The position numbers and the translations under genes were made by a program. A stretch of DNA of 64,000 nucleotides from an uncultured Phycisphaeraceae bacterium (GTDB lineage Bacteria; Planctomycetota; Phycisphaerae; Phycisphaerales; Phycisphaeraceae): positions 1-64,000 of the forward strand of contig CALKHT010000056.1 of the NCBI GenBank assembly GCA_937988825.1, given 5' to 3'. Positions 1 to 11,111 of this stretch are shown here, one piece after another. Position 1 is the first letter of the stretch. Each line of letters opens with the position of its first letter. The notes under the pieces are model-generated. The model made no database searches. It worked only from the letters and a program-made list of their open reading frames with translations, and was not told where the DNA came from.

Positions 1-818
1 CGGTTGTTGCGGTTGATGATGCGGCGATACAGGTCGTTCAGGTCGCTGGTGGCGAAGTTGCCGCTTTCCAGCAGAACCAGCGGGCGAAGGTCAGGCGGGA
101 TCACGGGGATCACATCCATGACCATCCACTCGGGCCGGTTCTCGCTCTTGCGGATCTGCTCGACGATCTTCAGCCGCTTGGACAGATCCTTGATCTTCTG
201 CTTGGAGCGGGTGTTCTTCAGTTCAGCGCGCAGCTCGGCGTTAAGCGCATCAAGGTCCAGCCGCAGCAGCAACTCCTTGATGGCCTCGGCGCCCATGTTG
301 GCGGTGAAGGCGTGACCATACTCTTCGCGAGCCTTGCGGAACTCGTCCTCGGTGAGGACCTGCCGCTCCTTGAGCGGGGTGTCACCCGGATCGATGACGA
401 CGTAATCCTGGAAGTAGATGACCTTTTCCAGGTCGCTGGTCTTCATGCCCAGCAGGTTGCCCAGGTGGCTGGGAATGGCCTTGAAGAACCAGATGTGCAC
501 AATGGGCGCCGCCAGGTTGATGTGGCCCATGCGCTTGCGACGCACGCGGCTGTGAGTCACCTTCACGCCGCAGCGATCGCAGATGATGCCCTTGAACTTC
601 GTGCCCTTGTACTTACCGCAGGCGCACTCGTAGTCGCGTTCAGGCCCAAAGATACGTTCGCAGAACAGGCCGTCCTTCTCCGGCCGGTAGGTGCGGTAGT
701 TGATGGTTTCGGGTTTCTTCACTTCGCCGAAGCTCCACGACCGAATGTCGTTGGGGCTGGCGAGCGTGATCTTGACCGAACCGTAATCGTTTACGCGATC
801 GTAGAATGCTTCAGCCAT
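1..818 (-). CDS. rpoC: DNA-directed RNA polymerase subunit beta' (N-terminal part; the gene continues beyond the window start)
   Basis: Manual reverse-complement translation from the ATG at 818-816 gives [59 protein letters not shown]...[21 protein letters not shown]...[18 protein letters not shown], the canonical beta' N-terminus with its zinc-binding motif. The listed + strand ORFs here (4..315, 312..1010) are its antisense. Confidence 0.9.
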   Translation of the reverse strand, partial: MAEAFYDRVNDYGSVKITLASPNDIRSWSFGEVKKPETINYRTYRPEKDGLFCERIFGPERDYECACGKYKGTKFKGIICDRCGVKVTHSRVRRKRMGHINLAAPIVHIWFFKAIPSHLGNLLGMKTSDLEKVIYFQDYVVIDPGDTPLKERQVLTEDEFRKAREEYGHAFTANMGAEAIKELLLRLDLDALNAELRAELKNTRSKQKIKDLSKRLKIVEQIRKSENRPEWMVMDVIPVIPPDLRPLVLLESGNFATSDLNDLYRRIINRNN

Positions 819-880
819 AATTCTTGTTCGCTCCGCTTCGAGCGTGTTCGTTCTTTCCTGTCCTGCACCAGCGATCCGCC

Positions 881-1132
881 TTACGGTCTGGCGGGCACGA
901 TCATGATTTCCTCACCAAATCTCTTGCGGAGATCGCCCTCAATCGCTTCGATGACGTCGACGAACTCCAGTGCCGAAACGCCCTCGGCTGTCGGGGTGAC
1001 GATCAGATGAAGCCAGTCGCCCTCCTGCACATAGTCATCCGCGATGGCCAGGGACTGAGCAGCACGCTGCTGCGACTGCGCCAACAGTCGCCTCGCTTCG
1101 ACGATGACAATTTGTGGGGCCGCTGCAATCAT
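881..1132 (-). CDS. Small protein (83 aa), possibly a degenerate minimal-nucleotidyltransferase (MNT)-like partner of the adjacent HEPN ORF
   Basis: Start ATG overlaps the HEPN ORF stop (ATGA overlap). The C-terminal ...[17 protein letters not shown] resembles the MNT C-terminal ...LGRKVDLV... motif, but the N-terminal GS..G..D.D catalytic motif is not intact. Confidence 0.4.
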   Translation of the reverse strand: MIAAAPQIVIVEARRLLAQSQQRAAQSLAIADDYVQEGDWLHLIVTPTAEGVSALEFVDVIEAIEGDLRKRFGEEIMIVPARP

Positions 1133-1356
1133 CTGCTCTTTCCAATATGAAGCAGGTGCGCCGTCACCATTTGCGGCAGTGTCTCGTGAGACCAGGTTCC
1201 CAGATGCGGTCGGGGGCTCAACCCCTTTTCAACCAGCATATGAGTGACCCGGGCGTAGGCTGCATAGTAGGCCCGACTCGCACAGGATCGCCATCGCTTT
1301 TCCTTCCTCAGCAATGACGCGGCTTCAAAGCCTTCCTGTGCCACCTTCCGCCACAC
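1129..1356 (-). CDS. HEPN-domain protein (75 aa)
   Basis: FEAASLLRKEKRWRSCASRAYYAAYARVTHMLVEKGLSPRPHLGTW matches the N-terminal HEPN pattern (L..A..LL..G.Y..A.F.A.QA.EKALKALL...G......H.L). GTG start is preceded by GGAGAA directly after the rpoB stop codon. Confidence 0.6.
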   Translation of the reverse strand: MWRKVAQEGFEAASLLRKEKRWRSCASRAYYAAYARVTHMLVEKGLSPRPHLGTWSHETLPQMVTAHLLHIGKSR

Positions 1357-1380
1357 AGTTTCTCCTTAAACCTGCCATCA

Positions 1381-4300
1381 TCACAGGATGCTGCCGCCGT
1401 CCAGCGAAGCTTTTTCCAGCGTGATGTTCAGGCCCAGGCCCTTGATTTCGTTGCACAGCACGTCGAACGCCACGGGCATACCCGCTTCCAAGGTGTTGGT
1501 GCCCTTGACCATCGATTCGTAAATCTTGGTGCGGCCCTCGACGTCGTCGCTCTTGACCGTCAGCAGTTCCTGCAGGATGTAGGCTGCGCCGTACGCTTCC
1601 AGCGCCCACACTTCCATTTCGCCGAAACGCTGACCACCCGTGCGCGCCTTGCCACCCAGCGGCTGCTGCGTGATGAGGCTGTACGGCCCCGTCGCACGAG
1701 CGTGGATCTTGTCGTCGACCAGGTGGTGCAGCTTCAGCAGGTACATGTAGCCCACCGCCGTCTTCTGGTCGAACGGTTCGCCCGTGCGGCCGTCGTAGAG
1801 CTGCACCTTGCCACCCTTGGGCATCTTGGTCAGCAGTTCGCGAGCGCCTGGCGCCTGCTTCTTTTCCGCCAGTTCAGCCAGCCGCTTGTCCACGTACTGG
1901 TTGGCTTCGTCGATCGCAGCGTGGATTTCTTCTTCCGTCGCACCGTCGAAGACCGGGGTGATCGCCTGGAAGCCCAGCACGCCGCACGCCCAGCCCAGGT
2001 GCAATTCGAGAATCTGGCCCACGTTCATGCGGCTGGGCACGCCCAGCGGGTTGAGCAGCACGTCGACCGGCGTGCCGTCCTCCAGGAACGGCATGTCCTC
2101 TTCCGGCACGATGCGGGCGATAACACCCTTGTTACCGTGACGGCCGGCCATCTTGTCACCGACGCTCAGCGGCCGCTTCGTCGCCAGATACACCTTCACC
2201 ATTTCCAGCACGCCCGAAGGCAGCTCGTCACCACGCTTCATGTGCGCCAGCTTACGAGCCTTTTCCTTCTGCACCGCCTGGATGCGCGGCCAGAACTGGT
2301 TGTAAATCTGCTCGGCCTTGGCTTTGACTTCCTTGTTGCCCTTGACCCAGTCCAGCGTGAAGTCGTTGATCTGCTCCAGCACCACTTCCGTGATGTCCGA
2401 AGCACCCACCTTCTGACGCGTCGACGGGTCGACCATGGCTGTACCCGTCAGCTCATTGATCTGATCCACCATCTGGCGGAACAGGTGAGCCGCACGGGCG
2501 TCCATGTCCATTTCATACTGCCGCATCTCCTTCTTGAGCTGCTTCTTCTGCTCTTCGTTGAGGTGCATGCGGCGGCTGAAACGCTTGGCGCCGATCACGA
2601 TCCCTTCCGTACCGGCCGGAACCTCCAGCGAGTCGTTCTTCACGTCCTCACCGGCGCGGCCGAAGATGGCGTGCAGCAGTTTCTCTTCCGGCGAAAGTTC
2701 GGTCTTGCTCTTGGGCGAGACCTTACCCACCAGAATGTCGCCCGGCCGCACGTACGAACCGATGCGGATGATGCCGTTCTCATCCAGACGCGAAAGCTGC
2801 TTCTCGCTGACGTTGGGGATGTCGCGGGTGAATTCCTCGCGGCCCAGCTTCGTCTCACGAATCTCGACGTCGAACTCCTCGATGTGGATCGAGGTGAACA
2901 CATCGTCCTTCACCAGACGCTCGCTGATGACGATCGCGTCCTCGAAGTTGTAGCCGTCGAACGTGTTGAACGCGACCAGCACGTTCTTGCCCAGCGCCAG
3001 TTCGCCGTTTTGCGTCGCGGCGCCGTCGGCAATGATCTGGCCAGCCTTGACCTTCTGCCCCAGCTTTACGATCGGCTTCTGGTTCAGGCAGGTCCGCTCG
3101 TTCAGACCCACGAACTTGCGCAGTTCGTATTCGTCCGCGTTGTCGATGACGATACGGCGGGCATCCACTTCGGTCACGGTGCCCGCGTTCTTGGCGCGAA
3201 CCACCATGCCCGAATACTTCGGAACTTCCTTCTCCAGACCCGTCGCAACGCACGGCGGTTCGGTCTTGATCAGCGGCACCGCCTGACGCTGCATGTTCGA
3301 ACCCATCAGCGCGCGGTTCGCGTCGTCGTGCTCCAGGAACGGAATCAGCGACGCCGACACACCCACGATCTGCTTCGGGCTGATGTCCACGTACTCGATT
3401 TCTGACGAATCGACCTGCGCCAGATCGCCGTCGACGCGCGCCAGCACCAGCCCCTTGGCGAGCTTGCCATCCGGCTCGATCAGGTCAGTCGGCCCCAAGG
3501 TCAGCTTCATTTCCTCGTCAGCACGCAGGTAAACCGCCTCGTCGCTGACCTTGCCGTTGACCACCTTGCGGTAAGGCGTCTTGAGGAAGCCGTATTCGTC
3601 GATCTGCGCGTAAATGCCCAGCGACGCGATCAGGCCGATGTTCGTGCCTTCCGGCGTTTCGATGGGGCAGATGCGGCCGTAGTGCGAGATGTGCACGTCG
3701 CGCACCTCGAAGCCGGCGCGTTTACGGTTCAGACCGCCCGGGCCCAGCGCCGACAGACGCCGCTCGTGCGTCAGCGTTGACAGCGGGTTGGTCTGGTCCA
3801 CCACCTGCGACAGCTCGCCCCGGCCGAAGAAATGCTCGATCGCGCTGCTGATCGACTTGGAGTTGATCAGATCTGCGATCTTGGCGATTTCGTCCGGATC
3901 CTTGACGCTCATGCGTTCCTGCACGGTGCGGCGGAGCTTGAGGAAGCCCTTGCGCATCTCTTCGACCGCCAGCTCGTCCAGCGTGCGCAGACGCCGGTTG
4001 CCCAGGTGGTCGATGTCGTCCACGTGAGCCTTGTTGCGGTTGGAACGCAGGTCCAGGATGTACTTGATGACGTTCAGGAAGTCATCCGCACGGAGCTGCA
4101 TCTCCGTCTCGGGGACATCCAGGTCAAACTTGCGGTTGATGCGGAATCGGCCGACCTTGCCCAGGCGGTAGCGGTTGGGGTCGAAGAACTTCTCGGCGAA
4201 GAGCTGCCGTGCCTTTTCCACCTGCGGCGGGTTGCCCGGACGCAGCCGCGCGTACAGCGCCAGCAGCGCCGCCTCGTGCTCGGTCACGGGGCTGCCCGGG

Positions 4301-5169
4301 TCCATCTGGTGTTCATCAGCGATCGTGTTGAGGATCAGCTCGTCATCCACGTGCACGATCACATCCAGCGTCTTGAGGTTGGACGCCTGCACGCGTTCAA
4401 TCGCATCACCGATGGGCCGACCAGCCGAAACGATCTCCTCGCCGGTGTCGGTGTCGACGATGGCGGCCACGGCGTAGTGCTCCGGCCGCAGATCCGTCAC
4501 CTTCACCGTCTGCACGTCGTAGAACGTGCGCAGCAGGGTTTCGGTGGTCGAGTATTTCTCATCGATCGCCCGCAGGAAGGTCGTCGCGGGGATCTTGGTC
4601 GACTGGTCGATGCGCATCTGGAGGACGTCCTTCTTGGACACCTCCAGCTCGATCCACGAGCCGCGCTCGGGAATGATGCGGGCCGAGTGCAGCGGGCGGT
4701 CCGCCTCCGCCGAGGCGATCGAGAAGTCCACGCCCGGCGAACGGTGCAACTGGTTGACAATGACGCGCTCGGCACCGTTGATGATGAACTCGCCACCACC
4801 CATCAGCACGGGGATTTCGCCGAGGTAGATTTCCTCCTCAGGAATCTCCGCCACGTCCTTGCGGACCATACGCACGCCGATGCGGAAGGGCATGCCGTAG
4901 GTCAGGCGCAGCTCGCGGCACTCATCGGGGGTGTAGCGCGGCTCATCGAGCTTGTAGTAAAGGTACTCCAGCCTCGTGTTCCCGTCGTAGCTTTCGATGG
5001 GAAACACTTCGCGCAACAGCGCTTCCAGCCCCAGTTCCGGGTCACGCTGATCGTGTGGTTTATTTAACTGAAGAAATCGGTCATAAGCTGCGGTTTGCAC
5101 CTCGACCAGATTGGGTATAGGCAGAGCATCACCACGCTTAGCGTAGTTGCGCACCGAATTCAGCTGCAT
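1381..5169 (-). CDS. rpoB: DNA-directed RNA polymerase subunit beta
   Basis: 1262-aa ORF; [35 protein letters not shown]-terminus and conserved blocks throughout (e.g. [23 protein letters not shown]). Confidence 0.97.
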   Translation of the reverse strand: MQLNSVRNYAKRGDALPIPNLVEVQTAAYDRFLQLNKPHDQRDPELGLEALLREVFPIESYDGNTRLEYLYYKLDEPRYTPDECRELRLTYGMPFRIGVRMVRKDVAEIPEEEIYLGEIPVLMGGGEFIINGAERVIVNQLHRSPGVDFSIASAEADRPLHSARIIPERGSWIELEVSKKDVLQMRIDQSTKIPATTFLRAIDEKYSTTETLLRTFYDVQTVKVTDLRPEHYAVAAIVDTDTGEEIVSAGRPIGDAIERVQASNLKTLDVIVHVDDELILNTIADEHQMDPGSPVTEHEAALLALYARLRPGNPPQVEKARQLFAEKFFDPNRYRLGKVGRFRINRKFDLDVPETEMQLRADDFLNVIKYILDLRSNRNKAHVDDIDHLGNRRLRTLDELAVEEMRKGFLKLRRTVQERMSVKDPDEIAKIADLINSKSISSAIEHFFGRGELSQVVDQTNPLSTLTHERRLSALGPGGLNRKRAGFEVRDVHISHYGRICPIETPEGTNIGLIASLGIYAQIDEYGFLKTPYRKVVNGKVSDEAVYLRADEEMKLTLGPTDLIEPDGKLAKGLVLARVDGDLAQVDSSEIEYVDISPKQIVGVSASLIPFLEHDDANRALMGSNMQRQAVPLIKTEPPCVATGLEKEVPKYSGMVVRAKNAGTVTEVDARRIVIDNADEYELRKFVGLNERTCLNQKPIVKLGQKVKAGQIIADGAATQNGELALGKNVLVAFNTFDGYNFEDAIVISERLVKDDVFTSIHIEEFDVEIRETKLGREEFTRDIPNVSEKQLSRLDENGIIRIGSYVRPGDILVGKVSPKSKTELSPEEKLLHAIFGRAGEDVKNDSLEVPAGTEGIVIGAKRFSRRMHLNEEQKKQLKKEMRQYEMDMDARAAHLFRQMVDQINELTGTAMVDPSTRQKVGASDITEVVLEQINDFTLDWVKGNKEVKAKAEQIYNQFWPRIQAVQKEKARKLAHMKRGDELPSGVLEMVKVYLATKRPLSVGDKMAGRHGNKGVIARIVPEEDMPFLEDGTPVDVLLNPLGVPSRMNVGQILELHLGWACGVLGFQAITPVFDGATEEEIHAAIDEANQYVDKRLAELAEKKQAPGARELLTKMPKGGKVQLYDGRTGEPFDQKTAVGYMYLLKLHHLVDDKIHARATGPYSLITQQPLGGKARTGGQRFGEMEVWALEAYGAAYILQELLTVKSDDVEGRTKIYESMVKGTNTLEAGMPVAFDVLCNEIKGLGLNITLEKASLDGGSIL

Positions 5170-5534
5170 CGATCACCTCGATCAAGCCAGGTTAAAGCCA
5201 GAAAATACAATATGTTAAGTGGACCCCGACACCGCCTTCAGTACGTCGCAAGCACATCAGTATATTCAACACCCGCCCTTTTCACAAGGCCGGTTGGGGG
5301 AAATTTCAGGAATCAGCCCGCTTCAGGGCTTGACATTTTACCAACTTTCGATCCACAAGCCCGATAATCGGCGCATTCCACGAAAGTTCACAAGCTTTCC
5401 ACAGAGGTTTCCACGAAAGAGAAAGGTACACAGGCACACCGGCACGAAGCGCTGGCAATCACCCCCTTCTCAGGCTTCGCGACCTCAGCCATTGTCAATC
5501 GCTTTTTGATTATTGCTTATTGATTGCTGATCTT

Positions 5535-5981
5535 TCACACCCGCCCGTAGATGTACTGACGCATGTAATGAATCGTTTCCTCCTGCGTCTGGGCGTCGTG
5601 GGCGTTGAGGTCGCCAATCGAGATCAGCCCCAGCACCCGCCGGGCCTCGTCGACGACGGGCAGGTGGCGGATGCGGCGGTCCTTGAACACCGTTCGTGCG
5701 TCGCCCAGGGGGGTATCGGGCCGACAGCAGGTGACTGGTTGTGTCATGACCTCGCGCACGAGCGTGCGGGCCGGATCCCGCCGGGGCACCACCACTCGTC
5801 GCAGCACATCGCGTTCGGTGAACATACCGACGATCTGTCCCGCCTCCTCCACCACCAGTGCCCCGATGCGATGGCGGTTCATCAACTGGGCCGCCTCCTG
5901 CACGGTGGCGTCCGGCTCCACGCAATAAACCGTCGCACCCTTGTACACCAGGATGTCCTGAACCGTAGACGACGTCGACAT
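5535..5981 (-). CDS. CBS-domain pair protein
   Basis: 148 aa; two CBS-like repeats (VMT.PVTCCRPDTPLGDARTVFKDRRIRHLPVVDE...VLGLISIGDL). Confidence 0.7.
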   Translation of the reverse strand: MSTSSTVQDILVYKGATVYCVEPDATVQEAAQLMNRHRIGALVVEEAGQIVGMFTERDVLRRVVVPRRDPARTLVREVMTQPVTCCRPDTPLGDARTVFKDRRIRHLPVVDEARRVLGLISIGDLNAHDAQTQEETIHYMRQYIYGRV

Positions 5982-6238
5982 GGCTGCGCTCCTTCAGCGA
6001 AGGGAAATGGAAAGTTTCGGAGACGCTTGCTTTTTATTGTAATTCCCGCCCCCAGCCGCACCAAGAGAAAACTCAGGTTTCTCCCGGTTAAAGTGCGTTT
6101 TCAGGGATCCCCCGATGGACGGGGGAGGTTTAAGGTCAAAGTTCGAGGTTTAGAAATGCTCGTCAGTGTGATCGAACCATCAGGCGCGCTGCATCACCGC
6201 TTGCGTCTTCGAGCTGCTGAATCGCGAACCGCAATCAA

Positions 6239-6733
6239 TCAGAACAGTCTTCCCTGATCCGGCCTGTCAGGTTCGGGGGAAGTGTCGATCATCTCGCGCA
6301 CTTCGTTGAGCAGGTCATCAATATCGCGGAACTGCTTGTAGACGCTGGCGTAGCGCACATAGGCAACCTGGTCCAGCCGCTTGAGCTTTTCCGCGACGAT
6401 GCGGCCGATGTCGATCGCATTGACTTCCTTGTCGTAGGTGCGGAAGACCTGTTCCTCGACCTCCTCGACCAGCTCGTTGATCGCCTCGGCGCTGACGGGG
6501 CGCTTGTAGCACGCCTTCTGCAGGCCGGCGAGCACCTTTTCCCGGTCGAAGGGCACCCGTGAGCCATCCTTCTTGATGACGGCGATGCGGTTGGTTGATT
6601 CGATGTGCTCGTAGGTGGTGAAGCGGCGATTGCAGCTCAGGCACTCCCGTCGCCGACGAATCGCCCGGCCCCCATCGGTGGCGCGCGAGTCGATCACCTT
6701 GTCATCCTGACTCTGGCAGTATGGGCACCGCAT
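6239..6733 (-). CDS. nrdR: Transcriptional repressor NrdR
   Basis: MRCPYCQSQDDKVIDSRATDGGRAIRRRRECLSCNRRFTTYE zinc ribbon followed by an ATP-cone; 164 aa. Confidence 0.9.
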   Translation of the reverse strand: MRCPYCQSQDDKVIDSRATDGGRAIRRRRECLSCNRRFTTYEHIESTNRIAVIKKDGSRVPFDREKVLAGLQKACYKRPVSAEAINELVEEVEEQVFRTYDKEVNAIDIGRIVAEKLKRLDQVAYVRYASVYKQFRDIDDLLNEVREMIDTSPEPDRPDQGRLF

Positions 6734-6842
6734 AACCGCTCATAGTTTAGCGAGGTTACGCGCCGGGGCGAGATGAAGATGTGCGGACGCAGCGGCCGTG
6801 GGTTGCTTGGACGGGGCAACCTCAACGCGGTAGGCTTGGGGC

Positions 6843-7688
6843 ATGGCCATTCGTCTGATCATGCTCGGGGACATCGTGGGCACGCCGGGGCGTCAGGCGG
6901 TGGCGCAGTGTGTGCCGGGGTTGCGTGAGCGGTACGCGGCGGACCTGGTGATCGCCAACGCGGAGAACGCCGCCAACGGTTCGGGTCTGACGCCTGAGCT
7001 TTACAGCAAGATCTGCCGGGCTGGCGTCGACGCGGTGACGCTGGGCGACCACATCTACCGCAAGAAGCAGATCGTGCACACACTGGAAACGGCGTCGAAC
7101 ATCACCCGGCCGGCCAACCTGCCCGCCGCCGCACCGGGTAAACCGTGGATGCGACTGGACATTCCGGGCAAGCGCAGCCTCTTTGTCGTCACCGTGCTGG
7201 GCAGGCTTTTCATGTCGCTGCCGGCGGACAACCCGTTCACCACGCTGGACACCGTGCTCGCTTCGCTGCCCGAGATGGACCCGATCGTGCTGGTGGAGGT
7301 TCACGCCGAGGCGACCAGCGAGAAGCAGGCGCTTGGCTGGTATCTGAATGGCCGTGTGGCTGCGGTGGTCGGCACGCACACACACGTTCCCACAGCTGAC
7401 GCCCGCATCATGCCCGCGACCACCCCGCTGGATCCAACCCGCCGGCCCGGCACCGCTTACATCACCGACATCGGGATGTGCGGCCCGCATGAATCGGTCA
7501 TCGGCCGGTCCATCGAACCGGTGGTCAAACAGATGGCCACATCGATGTACGCCTCGTTCGACGTCCCGCCGGGCGACCCGCGAGTGAACGGTGTTTTCAT
7601 CGAGATTGACGAGTCGACCGGCCGCGCCACCGCCATCGAGCGCATCGAGCAGTCAGCCGATCCCAACGCCCCGCCCTTCGTGGCGTAA
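6843..7688 (+). CDS. YmdB-like metallophosphoesterase (2',3'-cyclic-nucleotide phosphodiesterase family)
   Basis: MAIRLIMLGDIVGTPGRQAV...DLVIANAENAANGSGLTPE...VTLGDHIY, a typical YmdB/TIGR00282 N-terminus. Confidence 0.75.
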   Translation: MAIRLIMLGDIVGTPGRQAVAQCVPGLRERYAADLVIANAENAANGSGLTPELYSKICRAGVDAVTLGDHIYRKKQIVHTLETASNITRPANLPAAAPGKPWMRLDIPGKRSLFVVTVLGRLFMSLPADNPFTTLDTVLASLPEMDPIVLVEVHAEATSEKQALGWYLNGRVAAVVGTHTHVPTADARIMPATTPLDPTRRPGTAYITDIGMCGPHESVIGRSIEPVVKQMATSMYASFDVPPGDPRVNGVFIEIDESTGRATAIERIEQSADPNAPPFVA

Positions 7689-7804
7689 CTCACGCGGTTA
7701 TCGGATTTCCCACTTTGCCCAATCGCTGTGCCTGCGGGGATTCTCCCCCGGCGTTTCTTCACGGGGTTAAGCCGGCCAGATCGGGTCCCGATAAGTTCAC
7801 AGTC

Positions 7805-8806
7805 ATGAGCACCGACCATCTCCCAGTGGTTGCGATGCGAGAGCAGCCAGCGGCGGCGCGGCCGTGGTGGTCGCTGCGCGCGTGGGAGGATGTGCCCCTG
7901 GCACGCAAGTTCGGGTTGCTGCTCACCTTGACGGCGGTGAGCGGCTGGGGGATGGGCGTGGCGCAGGCATCGCTGAACCAGCTCTGGCCGGCGGTGCTGG
8001 GCATCGGGGTGCTCCTCCTCGTCATCACCGGGCTGGCGCATCGCTGGATCTGGCAGCCGCACGAACTGCTGGTGAGACAGGTCGAAGCGCTGCGACTGCG
8101 ACGACGGGCGGCAGCGTTGCGACACCTGCCCGTCGACCGGGGCGATGAGATCGGCCAGATGGCGCGCTCGATTCAGGAGATCGGCCTGATGGCGATCCAG
8201 TCGATGGCGGAGGTGCGCCAGCTTCGCCGGACGCTCGACCACCGCATCGCCACTGCCACCCGCGTCGCCTGCGGGCAGCTCGAGCAGCTTGCCATGCGCG
8301 ACCCGCTGACGGACCTGGCCAACCGGCGTTTCCTTGATGAGCAGCTCCGACCGCTGCTCGTCACCGCCGGCCGCAACGGCGAGGAGTTCGCCTGCGTGCT
8401 CATCGATTTGGACAACTTCAAGCGAGTGAACGACACGCTGGGTCATGCAGCTGGCGATGAGCTGCTGATCTTCGTGGCGGGGCTGATCCGCGCGGTGATC
8501 CGCCGGGAGGATTACGCCGTGCGGCTGGGCGGCGACGAGTTCGCCGTGTTCATGCCGGGCTGTCCGCCCCACCGCGCGCTGGCGATGGCGGAGCAACTGA
8601 CGGCACTCTTCCGCCAGCAGATGCGCACCACCATGCCCGCGGAACTGGGCTGCGACCTGTCCATCGGCATCGCATCGCTGCAGTCGGATGTGATCGCGAC
8701 GGGGCAGAACCTGCCTGACAATCCCGATCAGGCGCTGATCGAGCTGGCGGACCGTCGGCTGTACGATGCAAAACATCAGGGCAAGGGCAGGATCGTGTCG
8801 ATGTGA
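7805..8806 (+). CDS. Diguanylate cyclase (GGDEF) with N-terminal TM/HAMP-like region
   Basis: RLGGDEF active-site motif, DPLTDLANRRF...DLDNFKRVNDTLGH...RLYDAKHQGKGR. The ORF is listed from 7715; the ATG at 7805 (MSTDHL) is the more plausible start. Confidence 0.8.
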   Translation: MSTDHLPVVAMREQPAAARPWWSLRAWEDVPLARKFGLLLTLTAVSGWGMGVAQASLNQLWPAVLGIGVLLLVITGLAHRWIWQPHELLVRQVEALRLRRRAAALRHLPVDRGDEIGQMARSIQEIGLMAIQSMAEVRQLRRTLDHRIATATRVACGQLEQLAMRDPLTDLANRRFLDEQLRPLLVTAGRNGEEFACVLIDLDNFKRVNDTLGHAAGDELLIFVAGLIRAVIRREDYAVRLGGDEFAVFMPGCPPHRALAMAEQLTALFRQQMRTTMPAELGCDLSIGIASLQSDVIATGQNLPDNPDQALIELADRRLYDAKHQGKGRIVSM

Positions 8807-8925
8807 GGCGATCAGACGGCAACGCCAAGCGGCAAGCGGTTTTGCTGCCGCGGTCGCCGTAGTGTAAGTGGACTGTCCTTCATCAACGCCTTACGATCTG
8901 CGATCCTGAACTGTGAGGCACGATC

Positions 8926-10467
8926 ATGGGTGATACGGGCAAGCTGACCAAGAACATGGACGATATCGTCGCGCTGTGCCGACGCCGCGGCTTCATCTGG
9001 CAGTCGTCGGAGATCTACGGCGGGATCAACGGCTTCTGGGATTACGGTCCGCTGGGCGCCGAACTCAAGCGCAACCTGAAGAACGCCTGGTGGCACGACA
9101 TCGTCCGCTGCCCGCCCCTGGGGCCCGATGGCAAGCCCGTCCGCATCGTTCCGCTGGACACCACCATCATCATGCACCCCAGAGTGTGGGAAGCCAGCGG
9201 TCACGTGGCCGGATTCAACGACCCGATGGTCGACGACAAGGAGACCAAGCATCGCTACCGGGCCGATCACCTGCTCGTGCTTTCCTATAAAGGTGATGAT
9301 GGTTCAGGTGAAATGTTCGCGTTCGTGGAAGGCGATGAGGAAAGCGAAGCCAAAGCGCGCAGGAAGCTAAGCAAACGTTATCGCGTCGACGCTTCCACCA
9401 CCGATGTCGGGGTGACACCGCTGCCCGCTATTGCCACGGCGGACTATGCACGTATCGTCGGCCCGGATGCGACCAAGCCCGGCACGCTCACCGAGCCGCG
9501 GCAGTTCAACCTGATGTTCGACACCTACGTCGGCGCGATTCGCGATGAGGACAACCGGGCGTACCTGCGGCCCGAAACGGCGCAGGGCATTTTCACCCAG
9601 TTCTGGAACGTGGTGGACACGCAGCGTGTGAAGGTGCCGTTCGGCATCGCGCAGCAGGGCAAGGCGTTCCGCAACGAGGTGACCCCGCGCAACTTCACCT
9701 TCCGCAGCCGCGAGTTCGAGCAGATGGAGATCGAGTTCTTCATCCATCCGACGGAGGCGGCTGACTGGTACGAATACTGGCGCGACCGGCGGTACCAGTG
9801 GTGGCTGTCGATCGGTCTGAGCGGCGCCAACCTGCAGCTTCGCGCTCACAGCAAGGATGAACTGGCGCACTACGCCAGGGAAGGCGCGGGCACCAGCGAC
9901 ATCGAATACCGCTTCCCCTTCACCGCACCGGGCTTCGGCGAACTGGAGGGCGTCGCCCACCGCAGCGACTACGACCTGCGGCAACACGCCAAATACAGCG
10001 GCAGGGGCGACAGGATGATGTACTTCGATCAGGAGAAGAACGAACGCTACTTCCCGCACGTGGTGGAGCCTTCCGCCGGCGCGGATCGCGGCACGCTGGC
10101 GCTGCTGTGCGAGGCGTACACGCCCGACCCCTCGCGGCCGAGCCAGGTCTATATGAAGTTCCACCCACGCATGGCGCCGATCAAGGCGGGCATCTTCCCG
10201 CTGGTGAACAAGGATGGCATGCCCGAGGTGGCGGAGAACCTCTACAACGCCCTGCGCACGCGTTACGCGGTCGAGCTGGATGTAAAGCAAAACATCGGCA
10301 AACGCTACGCGCGCATGGACGAAGCGGGCACGCCCTTCTGTATCACGATCGACGGCGACACGCTCAAGGACCAGACTGTCACCATCCGCGATCGCGACAC
10401 GCTCGAGCAGGTGCGGGTGAACATCGGTCAGGTCAAGGCGTTCCTCGCTGACCGCATCGGCGAATAA
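8926..10467 (+). CDS. glyS: Glycine--tRNA ligase (dimeric class II type)
   Basis: 513 aa; N-terminal IVALCRRRGFIWQSSEIYGGINGFWDYGPLGAELKRNL and class II motifs. Confidence 0.9.
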   Translation: MGDTGKLTKNMDDIVALCRRRGFIWQSSEIYGGINGFWDYGPLGAELKRNLKNAWWHDIVRCPPLGPDGKPVRIVPLDTTIIMHPRVWEASGHVAGFNDPMVDDKETKHRYRADHLLVLSYKGDDGSGEMFAFVEGDEESEAKARRKLSKRYRVDASTTDVGVTPLPAIATADYARIVGPDATKPGTLTEPRQFNLMFDTYVGAIRDEDNRAYLRPETAQGIFTQFWNVVDTQRVKVPFGIAQQGKAFRNEVTPRNFTFRSREFEQMEIEFFIHPTEAADWYEYWRDRRYQWWLSIGLSGANLQLRAHSKDELAHYAREGAGTSDIEYRFPFTAPGFGELEGVAHRSDYDLRQHAKYSGRGDRMMYFDQEKNERYFPHVVEPSAGADRGTLALLCEAYTPDPSRPSQVYMKFHPRMAPIKAGIFPLVNKDGMPEVAENLYNALRTRYAVELDVKQNIGKRYARMDEAGTPFCITIDGDTLKDQTVTIRDRDTLEQVRVNIGQVKAFLADRIGE

Positions 10468-10496
10468 CAACCCATCGAAGCCCCCGGACGCAGTCC

Positions 10497-11063
10497 GTGG
10501 GTATCAGGACATCCCCCATGACCGCATCGCGCGAGGGAAAGGTTGCCTATCGCGGCATACGATTTGATGTTCACGCGCTGACGCTGCCGGGCCGGGATGG
10601 CGGCACGTTTCGGCGCGACGTCGTGGCGATGGCGGATGCCGTCGTCGTCCTGCCACTGCTGGATGAAGAAACGGTGGTGATGATCCGCAATGAGCGGATC
10701 GCCGCAGGTCGAACGCTGTGGGAGCTGTGTGCCGGCACGCTTGAGGAAGGCGAGGAGCCACGCCTCTGTGCCGAGCGGGAGCTGATCGAGGAGACCGGCT
10801 ACCGTGCGGGGCACATGGAAGCACTGACGGCGTTTTACACCTGCCCGGGCATCTGCACGGAGTACATGTACGCGTATCTGGCGCGCGACCTGACACACGT
10901 GGGGCAGGACCTGGACGAGAACGAGATGATCGACGTTCACGTCATGAAGCTGACCGAAGTGATGCGGATGATCCGTAATGGCGATATCCAGGACGCCAAG
11001 ACGATTGCGACACTGCTCTTTTATGACCGATTCATCAAAGGTGAGGGGAAAGGCCAAACGTGA
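10497..11063 (+). CDS. NUDIX hydrolase (ADP-ribose pyrophosphatase-like)
   Basis: NUDIX box ...GTLEEGEEPRLCAERELIEETGY; the start may be the internal M at 10518. Confidence 0.75.
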   Translation: MGIRTSPMTASREGKVAYRGIRFDVHALTLPGRDGGTFRRDVVAMADAVVVLPLLDEETVVMIRNERIAAGRTLWELCAGTLEEGEEPRLCAERELIEETGYRAGHMEALTAFYTCPGICTEYMYAYLARDLTHVGQDLDENEMIDVHVMKLTEVMRMIRNGDIQDAKTIATLLFYDRFIKGEGKGQT

Positions 11064-11111
11064 TGGGGATGACGTAAAGGTGGCCGGTCGCGGCCGCGAT
11101 GAGCGGATGCG

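Noticed and set aside
1702-5067. Long + strand ORFs (1702..3405, 567 aa; 3832..5067, 411 aa) overlapping rpoB
   Set aside because: Antisense to a highly conserved gene in a GC-rich genome; amino-acid composition is the typical R/A/L/V-rich shadow-ORF type and there is no recognisable motif.
5170-5534. Roughly 365-bp rpoB upstream leader searched for a promoter or attenuator
   Set aside because: No convincing -35/-10 pair or structured element identified by eye; only the AT-rich TTGCTTATT block (reported separately).
7457-10470. Minus-strand ORFs 7457..8776 (439 aa) and 9367..10470 (367 aa)
   Set aside because: Antisense shadows of the GGDEF gene and glyS; no motifs.
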